IMG/VR virus record: IMGVR_UViG_3300044806_000023
Location: 1 to 45,913 of that record
Strand: one strand, 5' to 3'
Origin: a virus
Taxonomy: Duplodnaviria; Caudoviricetes
Length of the DNA: 45,913 nt
Shown: piece by piece, positions 8,771-18,622 of the stretch
How the letters are laid out: each line of letters opens with the position of its first letter
How positions within the stretch are numbered: the stretch's first letter is position 1
Made by a program: the position numbers and the translations under genes
Notes under the pieces: generated by a model
Told to the model about the DNA's origin: nothing
Database searches by the model: none
Seen by the model: the letters and a program-made list of their open reading frames with translations, nothing else

Positions 8771-11700
8771 CATTCCTGCTTCATGCGCTTGTCCAGCTCT
8801 CTGCGTGTGTTGACCGCAGCTTCCGTAAACATAGGCGCATTTTTCTTGGTTAGTTCAAGCCCTCGGTACGACTCGGCACGTTTCTTGTCGCGCTCTTTTG
8901 CGGACTCCGACATGTCTCTAGTCAGTATCTTGTACTTGGCGTAACGTGCGTTGAAGTCAACGATGTCATCAAACGCTTTGTCATAATCATCCCAATTCTT
9001 ATGCTGTCTAGCAATATCGAGACGGTCTAAGAGGTCAAAGCGTTTTTCGATGACGCCCTTTTCTATGTTCATCAGCTCGAAATTGTCTCGGCGAATTTGG
9101 CCAATCACCCGAGGACGGAAGCCGAGCACCTGACCTGCGTGTTCATTCAACCTGATTTCCTCTGGGCTAGCAATCTCGACACCGCGAGAATCTTTTTCCC
9201 CTTGCGTCGCCATCAGATAGGTTAGGTACGGGCCGCGCATGATAGCGGGGAGCATCTTCTTCATGCCTTCTTCCACTTCGCCGCGCCACCATTTGCGTGC
9301 ACCTTCGACCATATTGACCATTACGCTGATACCCGGGGGTGTCAAGGATTGGCTCCAGTCCATAATCTGCTTGACCACGTCCAAGCTGGCGCGGTAAGTC
9401 AAATCCCAGCCGGTGTAGCCAAGCAAGCCGTGGTTAACGAACCCACCCAAACCATCGCCGAGATGCTCAGGAATCCATACCGTGCGGTACCACATCTCAA
9501 AGTTCATGGCCTTCATGTCTTCTGGCCAGTCGTCATCCTTGAGGTATTCAAACACAAGACCAAGCGCGCCTGTGATTACGGTGTACAGCGGAGTAGCAGG
9601 TTGGCCAAGCGCCAAAGCAGTGGTTGCCCAAAGCCCCATAAACTTAGTAGTCGCGGCAATCCGCTCTTCGCGGCTGTCGGCCTTAATCATGCGCTTCAAG
9701 TTGACGGCTTCAAACAGCAAAGTGTTGACCATGAACGACTTCAAGTTGAACGCCAAACGCCCAAGCTCACCCTGCATATAGCGGGGACGGTTGCTTACAG
9801 CGAAGTCACCTAAAGCTTCTTTGGTATCGGCAATCGCGATACGGATCGCTTCGTCTGGGCTCTTGCCTTCTTTGATGCTGAGGTTGTAAGACGCAGTGAA
9901 CACGATCTCGCGAGTCAGCTTAGACATGTAGTGGCTGAATCCGAGGGTAGCCACGCTAGCACCACGAGCCAACTTCTGCGCGGTCTTCTTAACCATGCCA
10001 GCGTTTACGTCCGTAGCCTTAGCACCGATGTACCCTAGGGACTCGACTTCAGTCATCTGCGTAACGCCCGAGCGCATCAACTCGCCGATGGCATAGCGCA
10101 TCTCTTTGGTCAGTGTGGGGTCGTCCAACATAGTCGGCACGCCCTCTGCGTTTTTGTGCAGGCGTTTCTCAGTGATTCGGTTGGCGATAGCGGTAGCCTT
10201 GGCCAACTCTTTAGCGGCACCCTTGCCGGGGTGGTTCGCAGTCAACACCGCCAAACCGCGTGTGGGTACGTTAATCAAGTCCATCAACGCAGTAGCGGGG
10301 CCGGACAGCAGCCACACATAGGAAACTTCGTTGATTCCAGTAACCACAGACTCAAATGCGCCTTGGTGGTCGTTGGACAACATCAGGTTGACGCGCTTCT
10401 CAGCTTCATCCACATACGGCAGTAGCTCGTACCCTTTTGGCTGGAACTTGAGTGAACGCTTAGCGTCGTCCAAAGACTTGCGCATAGCTGGGGTGTACTT
10501 CAAACGAGCGAGCTGCAATGCCTGCTTCGTAGCTGTGTGGGCAATGTTCTTGGTAATGTCGGTCGAGAAGCCGGGGATGTCCTCACGCTCCATGAACTGC
10601 TTCCTGAAACTCTGCTCAGGCATGGCCGACAAGTACGCTTGGAACACCACGTTCTTCAGTACTTCATTTGGGTTAGACGCAGGTTCTTTGCCGTCGGCGG
10701 GCTTAGCCGTAGGCTGCTTATCAATTGCGTTGAACATTGCGGTCAGCATGGCGTTGCCCTTACTGCCTTCGTTGCGGAAGTTCAGTTGGGTGCCGACTGC
10801 AAAGGTTTCCTCACCAATCAGAGTGTCGAGGTCAGAGCCAAACTCCTCAGCCATTTTTGCAGCGAACTCATCGCGCTCAGCCTCAGATTCAAACGTGTAC
10901 AGCTCGCGGTCTTCGCCTGTACCTACGCGCACCCAGAAGTTGCCAAGGCGCACCAGTGGGAAGTAGGGAGAGATGCGTTTGCTGGTCTCGTACTCTTTGC
11001 GCAGTAGTATGGCGAGATTCTTCTTCTCTGTTGGGTCGATGCCCAAGCCCTCGATTGTTTCCAAGAGCAGGTCGTTGTAGTAGTCCGAGATGTCGCGGTA
11101 GTAGTCACGCAGCGCAACATAGATTTTCTGGCCTTCTTCGCCCAACTCGGCGAACTGTGCATCCATGTCAGCCTGACGGCGCTTACGCTTTGTGTCCGCT
11201 GGGTCGTAACGCATGACCGTTGCCATGTAAATCACACGGGACAACAGCTCTTTTTTCTCTGGGTTCTTAGTGAGGTAGTCATCCACCCGCTTCTGCATCA
11301 AGCCAGCCGCACGCAAGAAGTCCGCAGCCATGCCGCTCATCTTGCCAGTAAGCTCGTACGTAGTAGTCAGGGCAGGGATGCTGTTCTTAACACTGTTGGC
11401 CAAGTACATGAAGTCCGGGCCAAAGGCCATAGCCTTCTTGAAATAGTACTTAGCCGACATTGCCTTGCGAAGGAACGAAACACCCTTGAGCAAAGCAGCT
11501 GGAGTGTTAGACCGATTCACAATGAACTGGGCACGGCTGTACTCTTCGTCCAGTTTCTGCGCCTCTTCAGCTTCTTTCTGCTCGGCTTCGGTCGTTACTC
11601 CTGCGGCGGCAGGTTTTTGTTTTTGTCCTTTTTGCGTTGCTTGGACGGCTTGAGTGGTTTCAGTGCCAACTTGTGCTCCTTGTTGCGCGGGTTGAGATTT

Positions 11701-14016
11701 CTGAATGTCTATGATCTTGTTGCCGATGTGCGTGTTCGACATCCCGTCTGGGGTGTACAGCTTCTCGACTGGGTGCAGGCCAACCTCTGGGGTTGTGAGT
11801 GCTGGGTACAAACCAACAGCCGTACCCTTCTTTCTGTTGAACACACCTACAAAAGCCTGAGCACCTTCTGGGATGTCAGTCACGTTCTCAACTGGGTAAA
11901 ACGTGTTGTTGTCGATGTAACCCAGACGCACGGAGTTAGCGCCCATGCCGCCTTGCATGTCGCTCAGAATATTTGTGTGGTCGCCCGGCTGGACGTACAT
12001 CGCCATGTGGGGTTCGTAAGTGGTTCCCTGTCCACGACCCTCAGAGTTCTTCGTGCGCGAAGTTTTGCCGTCTTCACCGACAACGTAGACACTGCCCTTG
12101 GCGGTAGTGAAAGTCAGTGCAGCGGGCTGAGCTCCTGCTCCTTCTGTAGCGCTTCCAACATCCTCTCCAGCAGGTACCACTCCATCGGCAGCAGGTTCTC
12201 CAAATCCTTCGGCGGCGGGGACTTGATCGGGCTGTCCAGCCAGCTCAGCGCTGACTCCACCTGTTTCGTCGATAGGCTGTCCAACATTTGTAGCTCCTTC
12301 TGCACTGGTGGCAGGTTGTGCTGTGGGTGTCTGAGTGGGCGCAAGTCCTTCTTCCTTTGCAACGTCAATGGCAGCTTGAGCCTTCGCTTCTTTGGGGGTC
12401 AAGCCGAGGTCAACATATACCTGTGTCAGCTCTTCAACTTTCGCAGCTGTCTCTTCGTCCAGACGGCGCTGGGCCAGCAACTGGGCGTTCTTCAGAGGGA
12501 TGCCACGCTCAATCGCAATCTGCTCGGCCAAGTCGTCGAGGGCTTTAGAAGTAGGCGCGGGTTGTTCGGTTGGCTCTGCGGCAGGGGCTGGCTGCTCTTC
12601 CTGCTTTGGTACAGCTTGCGTCAACTCTTGCGCGTTTTTCAGCGGGCTCAATACATCCGCAGGTACTTGCGTATCCGCAGTCTCGCCACGAACTGATTTC
12701 ACAGCTTTGTTAACCGCAGCACCGCCGCCATACATCATGCCCGCTTGGGTAACTGTGGCAAGGGCAGTGTCCATCGCACCATCAATGAACTGCTTGATAC
12801 CTGCTTCTTTGTTCAGGCCGTGGGCTTTGTCAACGGCAAACTGACCCGCATAGGTCAACTCTTCGCCGGGAATTTCTCTGGCCAACGCCTTGGCGTAGTA
12901 CGCCGACAAGTCGGAAAGGGGGATGCCACGCGCCGACATCTTGAGCGCCTTCATGCTTGGGCCGAGACCCAATCTCTCACCCACGAGTTCAAACGATGCG
13001 TTCGCAGCGGAACGTGCAAGGCTTTCATCCGCAGACATACCCAGTCGGCGGCTCTCGTCGTAGTTTTGGCCGAAGGACTGTGTGAACATGCTGGCCAGCA
13101 CCAAAGGCTCGGACCCAGTGAGCAAGCCACCAATCATTGCTGGAGCTTGCTGGATGATTGACGCCGCAGCGCCTTCGATAACTTGGACCGGCTTGGACTT
13201 AGACTCGCCCATGTTTTTCAACAAGAAGTCCAGATTGTCTAGCTTTGTCTTTGTGTCCGTGTCTTCCACACCAGCAAAGTCGGCGATAGCTTGTTTCACG
13301 CCATAGTAGCCCTGTTGCCCAGCAGCAACGCCTTTTGCGCTCAGACGTTTGAGTACGCGCCCTGTTTCGTCGATGCCGTGCAGCTTTGGGTCTATACCGT
13401 ATTCTTCTTGAATACGCGCCACGTCTTCGGGGGTCTCAGTCATTTGCGCGTAGCGCGGAGCTTCGTACCCTCTCCTTGCTTCGTCTTCGGCTTCTGAGGT
13501 AGCCCCTTCTAAGTTACGACCCTGTGCAATCTTGCGCTCAATCCTAGCTTCTAGGCGGGGGTCGAGACGTTTGGTAACGGGAGACTCGGCTGTCTTATCC
13601 AGCTCCCCATGCTGTTGGGTGTAGGCGTCGGCGACCTGAGCATAAATGCCGCCCTTGGCGCGGAGGTTACCAACAGCAAGCCCACGTTCTGCGCGGGGCA
13701 AAGAGTCGAGATGCGCGTTAACCCCCCGAACAAACTTGGGGTCTACGCCTCGGCTAATAGGAGAAGGCGCAGGAACTGGCATCTGTTTGCCTTCGAGCAC
13801 GCTTGATTTTTTAGGCGTAGCCACGCCCATGATTTCAGACGCGCCAGTGTCCATGCCGCCAGAAACTTCAGGCGTATCCTCAGTTGTAGCCGGTGCTGGC
13901 GTAGTTTCCGTAGGTGCCGACTGCTTACCGAGGTAGTTCAGAATCTTGGTTTTTGCCTCAGCATGGTCCTCGGTAGCAATGTCGTACTGCTGCCCTTGAT
14001 ATTCATAAATCGGCAT
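8770..14016 (-). CDS. Giant internal virion/ejection protein (1748 aa, large polyvalent-like)
   Basis: Last and largest gene of the virion block; helical regions separated by acidic low-complexity linkers; hydrophobic segments near the C terminus. Confidence 0.8.
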   Translation of the reverse strand: MPIYEYQGQQYDIATEDHAEAKTKILNYLGKQSAPTETTPAPATTEDTPEVSGGMDTGASEIMGVATPKKSSVLEGKQMPVPAPSPISRGVDPKFVRGVNAHLDSLPRAERGLAVGNLRAKGGIYAQVADAYTQQHGELDKTAESPVTKRLDPRLEARIERKIAQGRNLEGATSEAEDEARRGYEAPRYAQMTETPEDVARIQEEYGIDPKLHGIDETGRVLKRLSAKGVAAGQQGYYGVKQAIADFAGVEDTDTKTKLDNLDFLLKNMGESKSKPVQVIEGAAASIIQQAPAMIGGLLTGSEPLVLASMFTQSFGQNYDESRRLGMSADESLARSAANASFELVGERLGLGPSMKALKMSARGIPLSDLSAYYAKALAREIPGEELTYAGQFAVDKAHGLNKEAGIKQFIDGAMDTALATVTQAGMMYGGGAAVNKAVKSVRGETADTQVPADVLSPLKNAQELTQAVPKQEEQPAPAAEPTEQPAPTSKALDDLAEQIAIERGIPLKNAQLLAQRRLDEETAAKVEELTQVYVDLGLTPKEAKAQAAIDVAKEEGLAPTQTPTAQPATSAEGATNVGQPIDETGGVSAELAGQPDQVPAAEGFGEPAADGVVPAGEDVGSATEGAGAQPAALTFTTAKGSVYVVGEDGKTSRTKNSEGRGQGTTYEPHMAMYVQPGDHTNILSDMQGGMGANSVRLGYIDNNTFYPVENVTDIPEGAQAFVGVFNRKKGTAVGLYPALTTPEVGLHPVEKLYTPDGMSNTHIGNKIIDIQKSQPAQQGAQVGTETTQAVQATQKGQKQKPAAAGVTTEAEQKEAEEAQKLDEEYSRAQFIVNRSNTPAALLKGVSFLRKAMSAKYYFKKAMAFGPDFMYLANSVKNSIPALTTTYELTGKMSGMAADFLRAAGLMQKRVDDYLTKNPEKKELLSRVIYMATVMRYDPADTKRKRRQADMDAQFAELGEEGQKIYVALRDYYRDISDYYNDLLLETIEGLGIDPTEKKNLAILLRKEYETSKRISPYFPLVRLGNFWVRVGTGEDRELYTFESEAERDEFAAKMAEEFGSDLDTLIGEETFAVGTQLNFRNEGSKGNAMLTAMFNAIDKQPTAKPADGKEPASNPNEVLKNVVFQAYLSAMPEQSFRKQFMEREDIPGFSTDITKNIAHTATKQALQLARLKYTPAMRKSLDDAKRSLKFQPKGYELLPYVDEAEKRVNLMLSNDHQGAFESVVTGINEVSYVWLLSGPATALMDLINVPTRGLAVLTANHPGKGAAKELAKATAIANRITEKRLHKNAEGVPTMLDDPTLTKEMRYAIGELMRSGVTQMTEVESLGYIGAKATDVNAGMVKKTAQKLARGASVATLGFSHYMSKLTREIVFTASYNLSIKEGKSPDEAIRIAIADTKEALGDFAVSNRPRYMQGELGRLAFNLKSFMVNTLLFEAVNLKRMIKADSREERIAATTKFMGLWATTALALGQPATPLYTVITGALGLVFEYLKDDDWPEDMKAMNFEMWYRTVWIPEHLGDGLGGFVNHGLLGYTGWDLTYRASLDVVKQIMDWSQSLTPPGISVMVNMVEGARKWWRGEVEEGMKKMLPAIMRGPYLTYLMATQGEKDSRGVEIASPEEIRLNEHAGQVLGFRPRVIGQIRRDNFELMNIEKGVIEKRFDLLDRLDIARQHKNWDDYDKAFDDIVDFNARYAKYKILTRDMSESAKERDKKRAESYRGLELTKKNAPMFTEAAVNTRRELDKRMKQE
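11595..11669 (-). CDS. Putative overprinted 24-aa basic peptide (MALKPLKPSKQRKKDKNKNLPPQE)
   Basis: AAGGAG (11681-11676), 6-nt spacer, TTG start, TAA stop; +1 frame inside the 1748-aa gene. Confidence 0.4.
   Translation of the reverse strand: MALKPLKPSKQRKKDKNKNLPPQE
12114..12287 (-). CDS. Putative overprinted 57-aa helical protein (MLDSLSTKQVESALSWLD...QELSPLH)
   Basis: GAAGGAG (12300-12294), 6-nt spacer, ATG; +1 frame inside the 1748-aa gene; amphipathic protein-like sequence. Confidence 0.65.
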   Translation of the reverse strand: MLDSLSTKQVESALSWLDSPIKSPPPKDLENLLPMEWYLLERMLEALQKEQELSPLH

Positions 14017-14024
14017 ACCGAGCC

Positions 14025-16094
14025 TCAGTCAAGTTTGATCGGGGAAATAATACCACCCTTGGCTTTAAGCGGAATAGCGCCGTCATCTTGTGGGAGAGGC
14101 TGACTCATAACGCGTGTCTTTACCTCGGCTTCCATAGCTCGTTGGCGTTCTGGAGTGGCACGTACGTATTCCTTGTTGACCTTCAAGTCACCCAAAGCCT
14201 CTTCGTACATCTTGATGCGCTTGATCTCATTGCCTTGATTAGACACATCAAGTTTGCCGGGGCCAGCGTCTTTCGTTGCCCCCACAGCGCGGCGGAGTGC
14301 CGTGACAGTTTTAAGCGTCTGGGCGGTTGGGTTAGTCTCGTGCGCGATTTCAGCAGCGCCGAGCTGCTCGGCGAGTTTGACTTGTTTTGCACCGCCAGCA
14401 CCGCCAGTAGGCTTAGCGATTTTCGCGCCTTGAGCGGCCAAATTACCGAGGGCTTTCTGCTTATCCAAGGCGAATTTGTTCGCGTCAGAAATAGACCGGC
14501 GAGCATCATCTGCGGCACCGATAGAGTCCTTAGTCATGCCCATGCGTTCTTTGCGTTGCGCATCCTTGATGGCGAACTTAGCGTTGTTGAGTGAACGACG
14601 CTCCAAAGCCTCTGCCCTCGCAGCTTGGACAAACCCTTCACCAACTTCCGCACCAGCACCAGCAATACCGCGCATTGCGTTGTTGCCTTCCAATGCTGCT
14701 TTAGAACCCCGGAAAAACGCCGAAGCCCTAGCTAGGTTGCCGATACCGGAGACACCTTTTTCTTGCTCGCCCAACTCCGACAAACTATCGGCGTATGGGT
14801 CTGGACCCGCCATCTTGCTAAGCATTGCGTTTCGGTTGAAGATAGCCTTGTTGTAATCTTGCTCCGACATAGTGACTGGCTTCTGGTTGCGGATAGCCTC
14901 CATACTGCGCAGGATTTCTTGGTTGAAACCGCTGAAAGCGCGAGGGTCACCGGGGGAAGAAACCATCTGACCATACATAGGGTCGTTTTCTTCTTCGTCG
15001 CCAGCAAAAGCCAAGATGCCACCGCCCGCCATGCGTTGTGCCATGTCAGGAGTAATAGTGCCCGCCAAACCATTTTTCATAGAAGCGCGGAACGCAGCTT
15101 CTGATTGCGCGGCTTCAAACTCGGCGCGGGTTGTTGGGTGTTGCAAAACCTGTTGGAGTTGCTCATCACTCAGTTTGCTTACGTCCGCAGACATAGCCTG
15201 CTCGTCGTGCATAGGTGAACGAGAAATCGAGCCGCCATCGGCATAGCCGTGAATCACACCGCCGTCGGCTTTGGCCAACGAAGCAATACCAGCCGCGCCA
15301 AGACCCAAACTAGTCATGTTTTGAAGCGACGAAGGAGGAGCTTGGTACACCTGATTGCTCGACTGCATACCCAGCGGAGTGCCTCGGATGAGGTCAGACA
15401 TATAGCTAAGTTGCTTGTATGGCTGGTTCTGCTGGTTGATGAACTCTTGGTACGGCACGTCCAACTCTTTTTGGCGCTGTGCTTGTTGCTGGCCACCCAG
15501 CGTAGACATTTGTTGCAGGCCAGTGTTGTATTGTTGGGTAGCACCAGTAAATGCGTCTTGCAGACCTTTAGCCTGAATACCTTGCAAAGCAGAGTTACGG
15601 GCGCGCTCATTCTCCATGCGCATCACTGCGTCACGGCCACCACCAAAGGCGTTAGCTTGAGTAGCACCTGCACGTTGCTGCATACCTGTAATGTCGTACT
15701 GACGGTTGGCAGACATCATCTGCTGGTCAACCACGTTCTGCATATACGGAGACATGTACTGGCCGACAGTAGCGCCATAGCCTTGTGGCCCCGCGCTGGC
15801 AAACGATTGCTTTTGCAGATTGCTGAAATCCGCAGTGCGCTCACCGCCGTAAGTTTGGTATGGGTTTTGGCTAATGTCTGTCAGTGCTTGGCCTTTGGCC
15901 AATACGTCTTTAGCGTAACCACGCGCCCATTCTGGGAGTTCTTGTGTCTGTTGCGTAGTTGTATTCGCAGGCTGGCCACCGCCGCCACCACCGCCGCCGT
16001 CACCAAGGACTAAGCCGCCATCAGCCTTGCGGTAGGTAGCAGAGTCACCAATGGGTTCGCCCAAGGCGTAAAGTTCTCGACGTGAATAGCTCAT
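14025..16094 (-). CDS. Internal virion/ejection (pilot-like) protein
   Basis: GGGGGG-TTTQ..LPEW, QYMSPY, AFGGGR motifs; Gln/Ala-rich coiled coil; ATGA overlap with the upstream gene. Confidence 0.75.
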   Translation of the reverse strand: MSYSRRELYALGEPIGDSATYRKADGGLVLGDGGGGGGGGQPANTTTQQTQELPEWARGYAKDVLAKGQALTDISQNPYQTYGGERTADFSNLQKQSFASAGPQGYGATVGQYMSPYMQNVVDQQMMSANRQYDITGMQQRAGATQANAFGGGRDAVMRMENERARNSALQGIQAKGLQDAFTGATQQYNTGLQQMSTLGGQQQAQRQKELDVPYQEFINQQNQPYKQLSYMSDLIRGTPLGMQSSNQVYQAPPSSLQNMTSLGLGAAGIASLAKADGGVIHGYADGGSISRSPMHDEQAMSADVSKLSDEQLQQVLQHPTTRAEFEAAQSEAAFRASMKNGLAGTITPDMAQRMAGGGILAFAGDEEENDPMYGQMVSSPGDPRAFSGFNQEILRSMEAIRNQKPVTMSEQDYNKAIFNRNAMLSKMAGPDPYADSLSELGEQEKGVSGIGNLARASAFFRGSKAALEGNNAMRGIAGAGAEVGEGFVQAARAEALERRSLNNAKFAIKDAQRKERMGMTKDSIGAADDARRSISDANKFALDKQKALGNLAAQGAKIAKPTGGAGGAKQVKLAEQLGAAEIAHETNPTAQTLKTVTALRRAVGATKDAGPGKLDVSNQGNEIKRIKMYEEALGDLKVNKEYVRATPERQRAMEAEVKTRVMSQPLPQDDGAIPLKAKGGIISPIKLD

Positions 16095-16498
16095 AGTGTG
16101 ACCCTCATTACTTGGTGGGTGTTTTCCATACCCATTTTCTTGTACATATCGACCAGCGTGCCGCGTGCCCAGCACTGGGCTTTTGTTGCGCCCATACGGC
16201 GCATGAATTCTTTTGCTTCGTCAAACACGTAGTCCCTGACGATGCCTTTACCGCCCATCAGGTTTACATGCGCGATACGCTCCAGTGGGTAGTCAATGAT
16301 CTCGATCGTGCAAGCGCCGGTAATACCTTCGCCGGGTTCTTCCCAAACCAACAAGTGCGTCTGCCCCTTGCGGATGCTGTACTCGATGAACTGCTCGTTA
16401 TGAGAGCCGGGTTCAAGGTCCATTGCCTTCTTCAGCAGTGGGAGCGCAACAGGCCACACGGTCGGCATGTGGCTAGGATGAACATGATGCAATGACAT
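16091..16498 (-). CDS. GNAT-fold-like protein between ejection genes
   Basis: IIDYP...AHVNLMGG...MGATKAQCWAR...LVDMYKKMG pattern; position like T7 gp13/P22 gp14. Confidence 0.55.
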   Translation of the reverse strand: MSLHHVHPSHMPTVWPVALPLLKKAMDLEPGSHNEQFIEYSIRKGQTHLLVWEEPGEGITGACTIEIIDYPLERIAHVNLMGGKGIVRDYVFDEAKEFMRRMGATKAQCWARGTLVDMYKKMGMENTHQVMRVTL

Positions 16499-16500
16499 TT

Positions 16501-18267
16501 TTAGGCTGGGAGGAATTTGTCGGCGCGGGTGTTCTTAGCGACTTTCCCTTTACCGACGGTTTTACCACGGGCTTTCTGGACTCGGTCCATCATTGCGTAT
16601 AGTTTACGCGCACCAGCCTCAGTTGAGCCATTGCCAATCTCAGAAACAATACGTGCGGGCACAACAAATTCGCCGTCGGCGAGTCGGGCAGGCTGCTTAC
16701 GGCCAATCACAGCAGGGATAGAGTCAGAGACACCATCGCCGGGGCCACGAAGCAGTCGGCCACCATCAGAGTAACCGCCGAGGGTAGAACCGCCATTTGC
16801 GTAAGCCTGCATCAAGCCCCCATTTGCTGCCCCGCCGCCACCATCGTAGCCAGTGATAACGTCCGAAACAACTGATGGCAGTGCGTCAAGGATTTTTTGG
16901 CTCTCAGCGTCCAAACCATACTCCCCACCACCTTTGTAAATGTTGCCAGCACTAGGGCCGGAGCCGACGTAGCTTTGTGTAGATGGGTCATAGCGCATAC
17001 CATTTGCCGGGGCTGTAACAGTAGAAGCCATACGTGCGGGGGCCGCAGCAGAAATACCTCGGCCAGCGTTAGGAGCTGAGTCGTAGCCTGAGTAGTTACC
17101 AACATCTGGGCCACCGTAGCCTGAAAAATCAGCGCCTGAGAATGGGCCAGCTTCATAACCAACCGAAGGAGCTGCGGCAGTAGGGGCACCAGAAGCACCG
17201 CCAGTAGCCATGCGGACTACGGGCTCGTTATAGGGATACTGCACATCGCCGCCGTCGGCGAAACCGTAGAGCTTCTTGGCCTCTTCGTTGCTAACTGCCT
17301 TGTACGCAGGTTGGCCTGTACGCTCAGGAACAGAGTTGTCATAACCGGACTCAAACGCATAGCGTTGGCCCATGTCGGCATCGCCTTTAACTTCCGGTGG
17401 GGTATAAGGTTTTGGTGTCAGTTCATCAGCAATGGCTGGAGCTGCGGCCATACCGGCGAGCTTAGCTGTCTGCATACCGCCGCCGAGTTTATCGACGTAT
17501 GCACCGGGGTTTTTGTATGCTGCTTCCAGCCCAGACTGCATTGGGTTTTGAGCGAGTGTTTGTTGCGTTGAAGCTGAGAACCCTGTATTGGAAGGGATCA
17601 TGACATCGGTTGTAGCGCCGGGCAATTGCGGACCCATAGCTTCAGAACCAAATGCTGGGGTATAACCCCCGTTCAACTCGTATGTATTGCCAGCGGCGTT
17701 TGAAGCGTAGTCACGGGCGGATTGTTCCCATACCGCTTGGTTACCCACGGCGTTACGTGCGGCTTGTTCGCCAGCAACTTGCTCGATTGCTTGTGGGGTT
17801 ACGGCCTCTTGCCCTGCGGTTTGCAGTGCTGTTTGTTTTGCGGCTTCAGTTTCTGCCGCCGCTGCCGCCGCTGCCTCGGCTTCTCCTGCCGCTGCCGCTG
17901 TTCCTGCTTCAGCACCCATTGCACCAAGACCACCAGCCAAGCCAGCGCCACCGTATGCGCCGAGACCCGCCATCAAACCTTGTTTCAAACTACCTGTAGC
18001 GGCAAACATACCACCACCAACCATCGCAGCGGCCATAGGAGCGCCAACACCAGATGCAACCAAAGCAGCACCAGCAGCCATAGGTAGGAGAGACTTCAAG
18101 CTAAATGCTTCGGGCAACCCAGTGTGAGGGTTGATAGTCAAAGAAGTACCTTGCTTTTTAGCGAGTGCTTGAAGACCAGCAACTTCCCCTTTTGTCATGT
18201 GGACAAGTGTGGTGTCGCCGTTACGGCCTTTAGAAGCGAGGTGTTGTGCAGCGTGATGTAGGCTCAT
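16501..18267 (-). CDS. Internal virion/ejection protein
   Basis: N-terminal GRNGDTTLVHM..INPHTGLPEAF; Gly/Ala hydrophobic stretch; C-terminal GPGDGVSDSIPA..LADGEFVVP; GAGG SD before ATG 18267. Confidence 0.75.
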   Translation of the reverse strand: MSLHHAAQHLASKGRNGDTTLVHMTKGEVAGLQALAKKQGTSLTINPHTGLPEAFSLKSLLPMAAGAALVASGVGAPMAAAMVGGGMFAATGSLKQGLMAGLGAYGGAGLAGGLGAMGAEAGTAAAAGEAEAAAAAAAETEAAKQTALQTAGQEAVTPQAIEQVAGEQAARNAVGNQAVWEQSARDYASNAAGNTYELNGGYTPAFGSEAMGPQLPGATTDVMIPSNTGFSASTQQTLAQNPMQSGLEAAYKNPGAYVDKLGGGMQTAKLAGMAAAPAIADELTPKPYTPPEVKGDADMGQRYAFESGYDNSVPERTGQPAYKAVSNEEAKKLYGFADGGDVQYPYNEPVVRMATGGASGAPTAAAPSVGYEAGPFSGADFSGYGGPDVGNYSGYDSAPNAGRGISAAAPARMASTVTAPANGMRYDPSTQSYVGSGPSAGNIYKGGGEYGLDAESQKILDALPSVVSDVITGYDGGGGAANGGLMQAYANGGSTLGGYSDGGRLLRGPGDGVSDSIPAVIGRKQPARLADGEFVVPARIVSEIGNGSTEAGARKLYAMMDRVQKARGKTVGKGKVAKNTRADKFLPA

Positions 18268-18295
18268 GTTTGCCTCATAAATGGGGTTGTGGGTA

Positions 18296-18622
18296 TTATG
18301 CCTTGATGCGAAGCGGATAGCTAGTAGCGGGGCCACCAGATGTATCACAATACACATCGCCGGAACGGAGGTTTGCAAAGTCCACCTGAGTAGGCAGACT
18401 AATGATCGTGTTGCTTGGGTTTGCAGGGTCAGGCTGACTTAAAGACAGCGCTGTGACCACATTGGCCGCGCCGATATTTTGAGAGCCCGCGCTCATGGGG
18501 CCTTGGTTGACTAGCTGGTTGAAGAACAGACGTAGCACGTTGTTCAATTGGTCCATGTAGCGGCGGTCCGGCACCTCTGGGGAAAGAGGTAAGTTCGGTG
18601 CCTTTACGTTTACCTGTGCCAT
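18296..18622 (-). CDS. Small tail-associated protein
   Basis: APNLPL..YMDQLNNVLRLFFNQL; TAATG overlap with the nozzle gene. Confidence 0.7.
   Translation of the reverse strand: MAQVNVKAPNLPLSPEVPDRRYMDQLNNVLRLFFNQLVNQGPMSAGSQNIGAANVVTALSLSQPDPANPSNTIISLPTQVDFANLRSGDVYCDTSGGPATSYPLRIKA

Noticed and set aside
11617-12696. 359-aa + strand ORF and other long antisense ORFs (15249-16013, 39835-40632, 40711-41577)
   Set aside because: Shadow ORFs opposite well-supported genes, with no recognised SD or motifs
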